Positions 36,628 to 43,756 of a stretch of 43,756 nucleotides of DNA are shown one piece after another. Source of the stretch: Catajapyx aquilonaris. Its lineage: Eukaryota. The position numbers and the translations under genes were made by a program. The stretch spans positions 1 through 43,756 of the forward strand of contig JYFJ02003307.1 of the NCBI GenBank assembly GCA_000934665.2. Reading direction: 5' to 3'. Positions within the stretch are counted from its first letter, which is position 1; every line of letters starts with the position of its first letter. The notes beneath the pieces were generated by a model. That model saw only the letters and a list, made by a program, of their open reading frames with translations. It was not told the origin of the DNA and did not search any database.

Positions 36628-37620
36628 ATGTCGTCTTCATCCTCTGTGGTGGAGGACAATGCGCCTGCCGCAGCGTTGCTGTCAGCCCACATCGACAGCA
36701 TGCGTCTGGAGTGCCTGAAGACCCTTGCGGACAGGGCGCAGCATGCAAAGCGCCTGTACTGCCTGATGGAGGAGGACGTCAACTACCTGCTGGGTCGCCA
36801 GCGGGGGCTGAACCACTGCCTGCTGCAGAGGCTGATGGACTGCCGGGAGAGGGTGCAGGCCGTGCATGCCCAGTACCCGGCCATGGGCTGGAGGGGGGAG
36901 AGGGTCCGGCGGACCATCCTCAGGGAGAAGACGGCCTTTGAGGAGCAGGCCAGCCAGCACATGGACGCCGGGAAGCAGGAGGAGGCCAAGCTGCAGCAGT
37001 GGCTGCAGGAGGCCAGGCAGTGCCGCATCCAGTGCTCGCAGGGGCTGGAGGACCGCAAGGCCCAGGTGCTCAGCACCAGCTCGCAGCTGATGGGAGAAGT
37101 GAGCCAAGGCGTCTCCTTGAGCGCAGCGGAAGTGGCCGTGCTGCATCGCGTCCTGGGGAGCCACCTGGCCAGGTTCAGGAGGGAGGAGGCCTACCTGAAG
37201 GACGTCCAGGAGCTGCAGGAGGAGGAGCACCTGGCCAAGGTGGCTCACCACAAGAAGGCGCTCTGTCTGATTGAGCTGGTGCAGGGGATCCAGCACCAGA
37301 AGGTGGATAGGAAGGTGGGCCTGCTGGAGGCCAAGGAGAGGCTGCACCGGGAATTTGCGCAGAGAGGCTCGGGGGTGACGGAGGAGGAATTGAAGGCACA
37401 GGTGAAGGCAGCCACGACGGAGGGTGCGGGGCAGTGTCAGAAGTTGCAGGCGGATGAAGAGAAGTACAAGAAGGAGATTGGGCTGTTGGAGGGGGAGCTG
37501 AAGGCAGGGCTGGACAGGGTGCGGGAGAAAGGCGAGGCTGCGGGGAAGGGGTACGACCAGTGGAAGCAAGAGGCAGACTACTACTGGGGGCAGCTGGCCC
37601 AAATTGCCCCCCCACAGTGA
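36628..37620 (+). CDS. Orphan 330-aa coiled-coil protein, single coding exon (family member C)
   Basis: Uninterrupted high-GC3 ORF. 5'UTR intron with donor CAG|GTAAGC at 36554 and acceptor TTTCCAG 8 nt before the ATG. Paralogue of A and B. Confidence 0.87.
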   Translation: MSSSSSVVEDNAPAAALLSAHIDSMRLECLKTLADRAQHAKRLYCLMEEDVNYLLGRQRGLNHCLLQRLMDCRERVQAVHAQYPAMGWRGERVRRTILREKTAFEEQASQHMDAGKQEEAKLQQWLQEARQCRIQCSQGLEDRKAQVLSTSSQLMGEVSQGVSLSAAEVAVLHRVLGSHLARFRREEAYLKDVQELQEEEHLAKVAHHKKALCLIELVQGIQHQKVDRKVGLLEAKERLHREFAQRGSGVTEEELKAQVKAATTEGAGQCQKLQADEEKYKKEIGLLEGELKAGLDRVREKGEAAGKGYDQWKQEADYYWGQLAQIAPPQ

Positions 37621-39687
37621 ATCAGGTGCCTCGCATCCCATCAATATTGATGAGGAAAGAGATGGGCAGCCATGTTACTTCAGCTGCTCTAGGGTGACTG
37701 GCACTTGTTACGAACGAGGAGAGAAAATTTCAGAGTCAAGTATTAGGATGATCAGCAATGAGGTCCGCCTAGGGTAAGTAATAATTAGTCAAAAGTGATG
37801 GATCTTGCAGGGAACAAGAGTCATGTTCTGCAGGACAATCTCAAAATATAGTTTTTAAAAGAAGTATTCAAAGTCTTTGTTATCTTAAGAGCGGTGCAGG
37901 TCTTGTCTGTTAAGATTGTGGATTACAGGCCTCTTTCTAAAATGTTGTTCGGATTCATAGTCAAGTAGTCTGAACAATGCTCAGTCCTGCCAGCGGGTGA
38001 TCTCACAATCCACGCTAACCATTCCCATTTGAGCGACCCTGTCAATGCCACAAACAGAGTCCTGTTGGATATACTTGCATCCAAGCAAAGTGTCTGTTGT
38101 TGAAGACTTGCTCATTTTGTGTGGTCCCGCCAGTTGAAAGACAGTTTTCCATTTGGAGCGCCCAAAAAATAATTGGACTTTCATGGTTATGCTGTTATGA
38201 GACTGCAATTTCAAGTTTTAATTTTTGGAGCAGTTGTCCCTTGAACATATTTTTGTTTTATGACATTCCTGCTGTGCAATGTTAGATGTGAAATGAGAGT
38301 CGACAATCAAAAGGATGGAACTGGCATTTTCCATTCCTTCAGGCTGTGTGCCTTCTGGTGCACATTTTGTGCCATTTTTATATGGTTATTTTGTCATGTA
38401 TGTATTGTTCTATTCTGGAGTATTTTAACATATTATATGCAAGAGAGACCTGGTTTTTAATAAACTAGATTGGAGGACAGTTGAGTTATATTTAGCTCTT
38501 TGCACACACCTACTGCTGTCTGTGCTTTCAAAGTGCTCAGTTGTTGATCTTTAGGTTGGCCTTACTAGAGATGAGCCTCTCTAGTCCTGACAGGTGACAG
38601 CTCCTGTTCAAATGCCCTTGCTGCAACTGGCAAGAGACACTGAACTGGGTGGGAGAAAGCAGCTACATTAATAAAGGCCCTATGTCACACAGTAGCCTAC
38701 TTCTGAGTTGGATTTTCCACTTGCTGCACCAACCGAATGACTGATCATATGTTTATCAGTTGTATTTTATAATTACAGTTGCATGCTTTCAAATTATTTT
38801 GGCATTACAAAGAGCCCCTTGTCCACGAGTGGGCACGAGACAACACCTGTCCCCTGTCCGTGTGATATCCACGAAACCAGAGTAATTATACGGGATGGGA
38901 GTAATGCTCTGGAATTGTGGGAGAGGAATGGGGAGAGAAAATACAGTACAAGGCAGTCGGACAGGATTGTCAACACCACTAAATAAATTATGAACTGCAA
39001 TGATATCAGTTCGTGGATTATGCCGTGTTGGTAAAACCAGAAAAAATGTTCATACCTCAGCTAGAACATGTGATACATTGAATAGTAATATGAGCCAGGC
39101 AGACTTAGTCAGACCATGTCAAAGCTTGGTAAACTCATTCCAAACCTTAAAAAACATTATGACTATATTTGCCACAAGGAAGGCCTCAGCAGTCACGCAT
39201 ACAGCTGTTGTTACAGGTTTTTCTTGTGGCATTTGAAAGAGGACGTCATTTACACGGGCATGGCCTCCTGCTGACGCAGCTTGTCTGAATGTCCATGTGA
39301 GTGGGCCAGGAAGAAAGAAAGAAAAAAGGTGCATGTTTTTCAAGTAAGAAAAAATCACAAGTGCCAGGTGTAGGAGACAAATATTTAATAGATTGGTGCT
39401 GTGGAGAGTTGCTTAAGCTCACAACATATGGTGCAGCGAATACAACATGTGCTTTTGTGCGACATCTACAATATAATTATGCAAGTACTCGGTTATAGTA
39501 ACATATACCACCAGTACTCCGATGGACCAAGACATTGCAGCTGCTTCCATGTAATACTATTGCAGTAGAAGAGATTGTGGGGTGTCATTGTCTGCATTGC
39601 GGTGTGTTGTTCACTGTGGTGTACAGTCACCCCACTGTAATATAATTGTCCCTTGTCTGGAAGGACATACTCTTCTTGGCCCGATTG

Positions 39688-42455
39688 TTATTCATCCTGC
39701 TCGACCTCGTGAATGTGGATGTGCTCCTCCAGGTCCACGTCCACGTCGATCACCTTCCCGTGGTGAGGAGGAGGAGGGTTGTCGGTGGTGGGCCATTCCG
39801 TGGGCCATTCCGTCGACCATGGGTAGTAGTCCGTGGTGGTCCGGTATGGAGGAAACCAGGTGCTGGGGGGAGGAGGAGAAGGGGTGGTAGTGGTGTACTC
39901 CGTCGTGCCTCCACTACTTGTACTACCTCCACCGCAGTTGATTGGGTCGCAAAGGTCCTGAGGGTGGACAATAAACACACAGGGTATATATAGAGGCAGC
40001 AATATTACATTCTCCCGAAGGTCCCTGTCCTCTCCCTTCTCCTCTCTGTATGTTTTAATGACAAGGAGGTCACTCTGGCAGTCGGAACAGGCCCGAGTCA
40101 CGGGCCGAAGATTGTCTTTGGCTGGATTGAACTGGTGGAGTCTAATCCCAGTGCTTCCCAAACTGTGGGTCACAACCCCAAATGGGGTCGAAAACGTGAT
40201 AATATTTGGGGTCGCGAGGGAGGGTAACAAATTATTATTTTCACACAATTATTCAAACTCTCTTGTGAATTATGTCCATAAGGTAACTTACAGAGCAATT
40301 CAGATACTCGACAAAAATTATTTTCAATGACAAACACTGTTTACCCGTCTGTTCATGTTGGGGGATCAAAATAATGTGCACAACTGGAAGGGGTGACAAG
40401 AGAGAGGAGAGGTACAGTACGGCACATGGCAACATGTTCCCCAAGCAACATGGCAGGGGAAGGTGTGCGGTCGTCAATTTTACGAGACGATTTCCTTGGG
40501 TCGCCAACGAAAAAGATTGGGAAGCACTGCTGGTCTAATCATTCCTTCGACACAGAGAGAGGCTGTAGTCATAAAATTATTACCGTGTATGCCACGGTTT
40601 CAGGGAAGACGTAACCAAAAAATCGTCTGAAGGTTTCCTCGGTTTCTCTACCGCACGACTCACTTGCTACGTCCGTGATGCACGAGAAAAACTCCTTAAT
40701 TGGGCTGAAATGTGTGAATACTGTGAAATATAAGTTAGTACTTGACTTTATAAGAAATAGGGAAGTGGTAGGAAATAAGGAAGTATTAATAATATTTATG
40801 GAGTATTTCAAGTTGCGAAAACAAACACACTTTACCAGCACATGTTCCCTAAGGAAAATTGGGTCACAAGCCGCCAAAAGTCCAGTGACAAATCCTTGGT
40901 GCATTCTTCAAAGGCGTCCATATTCTGGTTTAGGCAAAACGATTCTTTTGCAATGTCTGTAAAGAGTGCATTAATATTTAGAGGGTGAACGGTAACTGTA
41001 CCAGCAAATCTACCGGGCGGCCCACTCACTGTCAGATGAGAGAGAACCAATCGTATACCCTGACATATATAGTTTATTCATAAGCCAAGGAATGTAGGCG
41101 TGCCAAAGATATGGGGAAATGCCATCCACTGGACCGATTATTCGGTTGGTATCCGACAAAGGCTTCCTTCACTGATTCAGTGGCCATCCAGCGACAAAGT
41201 TTCTTCTGGACATGCTTTCCATGCCGAGGTTTTCCTTCTATAGTATCTACAGTAAATTCTATGCGACTGAACTGACAGTGAGCCACAACATAACGCCCAG
41301 CAGTGACACGTAGAATACAATATCTGCATCACAGGCTATCAGGTTTAACTTGAAACTCACCGTCGCTTAAAAAGAAGCATCCAGTACCACGAAACTTATA
41401 CCCCGCCTCCATCAACAGGTCAGCCACGAAGTCTAAAATAGTCTTGGAACCAAAGCATGGCTGCAGGAAGAGAACGGTCTCGTTCGCCATCTCGGGACTG
41501 TAAAGTGTCGAGAGAGGATGAGTGCATATTACATAAATGATGACATGAGTGAAATAAGTACTGATTCAGTGAAATGGCATAATGTATTTGCAGAGAGAAG
41601 GTGACGCACACTCCCCTGCAGACACGGTCCATTTCGTCTTTGGTGGTCGGGAACCCCCCGTACATGCCCAAGTCATCCCTCCACAATGTGGAGATGTTGC
41701 TGTAAACTCCTTGTACGTCACATTCGCCTGAGGTTGGGACGGAGACTGTCACCGGACCTGTAGAACGAAAGGAGCGAGAGAGAGAGAGAAATATTATTAA
41801 TGTGTAGCTACCCATTCATCATTCTTCAGGTGATGTTCATTCTCACACCGTGACTCAAGATCATTTTCCCCAATGATATGTTCAAATGTCACCTCCGCGC
41901 ATGTTCGCTCGATCTTCTAAGTGGTGTAACCGAACCGGCAAGAGATTTGCGCACTAGTCTAATGACCGATCTACGAAACAGAGGTGAGGGTAATAGTGTG
42001 TATATTAATACATATTATAACATCGACATTTTACAAGAGACATTACGAGAGGGAGATCAGCCGGTAAGACTCACTCTCCACGGTCAAATATCAGTTTACT
42101 TTATCCTTTATCAGATTATGGCATTCTCTGGGGTCTACAGAGCAAACCCATCGTGATGGCATTATTATTTACCTAGAGCATAAAATTCAAAGAAAAGCCT
42201 GTATAAATATTTGTTTCTGTACTATTCTTTTGTGGACCAATAATGCCAGGGCATCGATGATGTGAGGTAAAATCACGTTGTCATAATATTAATTCATTTC
42301 ACCATTTTATGCTATGTTAAATAAGTGTGCCCTCAATGAAACCAGCCGGTCAGGTATGCGACATGGCGCTTGAAATTTTTTAAAAGTAGGCTACCTGCAA
42401 AAATGACGAGTATCAGGAGGTGGGACGATGCCATCAGCAATGTAGTCCGAGCCAT
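39688..42455 (-). CDS. Secreted Cys-rich protein (~285 aa) with Thr/Pro-rich tail and acidic His-containing C-terminus
   Basis: Exons 42455-42395, 41757-41610, 41497-41361, 40956-40836, 40704-40584, 39957-39688 are all phase-compatible (858 nt). Signal peptide MARTTLLMASSHLLILVIFAG. Cys pattern FPTTKDEMDRVC...FCLNQNMDAFEEC...MCCPIKEFFSC...SCG resembles DUF19-like helical secreted domains (inference). TATA-like TATTTAA on the minus strand near 42545. Confidence 0.72.
40149..40529. mobile_element. hAT (Charlie-like) MITE in intron 5 of the secreted Cys-rich gene
   Basis: TIR CAGTGCTTCCCAA (40149-40161) / TTGGGAAGCACTG (40517-40529), with internal GGGTC(G) motifs. GTCTAATC is repeated on both flanks (40140-40147, 40533-40540), offset by 1-3 nt from the ends. 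Confidence 0.8.
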
Positions 42456-43756
42456 GTTGTTGTGCTGCTGCGTAGTTGGCGACACAACCTGCTGGTGCTG
42501 CGGTGTGCTGCTTTGAGTGGACACCCTTCCCGAATTGCCATTAAATAGCAGCACTTTATCTTCAAGTGCTTTAGACATCGTTGCTTGATTGACGTTTCAT
42601 GTTTACATGATTGCGACATATTTTTCTGTCCTTCTGACCTTGCACAACCTGGTGCTCCACACTCATTCCTTGAGATTCCTTGAGATTCTTGAGAATAACT
42701 CACAAAATGCGACGTTTTCATAAAGTGCAGCAAAATAAAGGGATTACACCTCTCAAAGTGAACATGCCCTCCGTCGAAATATTTTCTCTTATTATTATTG
42801 CTCGTGTTTTAGCCTTCGTGAGGCGTGGGAAATGAGTGGGCGAATCTCTACACCAGTAGCTGATGATTAGAGAGGACAAACATCAGAGCGTAGGCGGCAC
42901 TTCAAGTGGATTAAAGGAGCAACAACACACCATAAACGCCATTATATCGCTGACATTGTCAGTGTTTGGATGACGGATTACAACGCGATAGTATAGTTTT
43001 GTAACTCGTCATTTAACCTTCGCATTTCAGAATAAGGGACATGCATCCCACGTACTGTACACTAAAAAATGTTACTTGGCGTCAGGCAAGGTCCCTTCTC
43101 CCCAGGTGTTTATATTCCAAATACGGGGAAGAATTATTATATATTAATTTTATGTCACTGTGAATCATAAGGGAGGCAAGCTGTGAGGCCTTACTAGAGA
43201 TGTGGGCTTAATCACATTTTTCAATTAATTACAATTCATATCCTAATTGTGCAGCTTTCTAAACTCCATGACACTAGGTAATGGTATGTTGAATGAAATG
43301 TTGTCTTGGTGGTGAATACCGACAGGCTGACAAGAAAGGCGTTGTCATGTCTGTATGATATTCCCCTTCAGAGATTCATCTGCTTTGTTCAACATATTGC
43401 CAGTAAATCCTCGTACACAATATTGCCCATTCCATGTGCACGTCTGTATTGCCACAAAGCTTGATGGGATCAGGTTATCTGCAATTTTTTCTTGCTTCGT
43501 GTCAAGTCTTGAGTGATGTATACTTGGGTGGCCGGCTTTTATCATTTATTATCACAAAAACCTTCCATTCTGTAAAAAAAAAGGGTAGTAAGACCTCTAT
43601 GGCGGATAGAAATTAATTAAACAAGACAGGTATGCGTAAGACCTAGCTTCACTAGATTGTTATTAAAGGATATCGTAATGCTACATTACGAAGGGTATGT
43701 GTAAAATTTTTACTAATATGTGAATATGTAAGTAGGGTCTTACTCATGCATAATAA

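Noticed and set aside
36682..37644. 320-aa antisense ORF over gene C (similar antisense ORFs at 7204-7599 and 4637-5173)
   Set aside because: Shadow ORFs expected from high-GC3, CAG/GAG/CTG-rich coding sequence. Their L/P/Q-rich translations have no independent support.
41074..41286. 70-aa minus-strand ORF inside the Cys-rich gene as a possible extra exon
   Set aside because: The flanking exons 41497-41361 and 40956-40836 already join in phase, and there is no convincing donor or similarity.

Overview
Gene-dense eukaryotic window with short GT-AG introns (mostly about 50-80 nt). It is most likely arthropod, possibly crustacean; this is inferred from the Egalitarian N-terminus and gene content, not proven. 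Gene models were spliced by hand with intron phases checked. In order: a secreted C-type lectin (+), a secreted fibrinogen-related protein, FREP (+), orphan coiled-coil gene A (-), phosphoglucomutase (-), SLC38A9 (+) with a 5-finger C2H2 gene nested antisense in an intron, egalitarian (-), DPM3 (+), an orphan multi-exon gene (-), MANF/ARMET (-), a divergent three-dsRBD Loqs/TRBP-like gene (+), orphan coiled-coil paralogues B and C (+), and a secreted Cys-rich protein with a mucin-like tail (-). At least nine non-autonomous inverted-repeat elements (MITE or foldback) lie in introns and intergenic DNA. Three observations stand out. (1) The lectin and FREP share a homologous N-terminal module and intron position but carry different recognition domains, suggesting a domain-swapped immune receptor pair. 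(2) A three-member ~330-aa all-helical family has no family I recognise and shows a possible gene-conversion tract. (3) A hAT-type MITE sits 10 nt from a splice acceptor, and its left end appears to have lost the cryptic AG it would have created.
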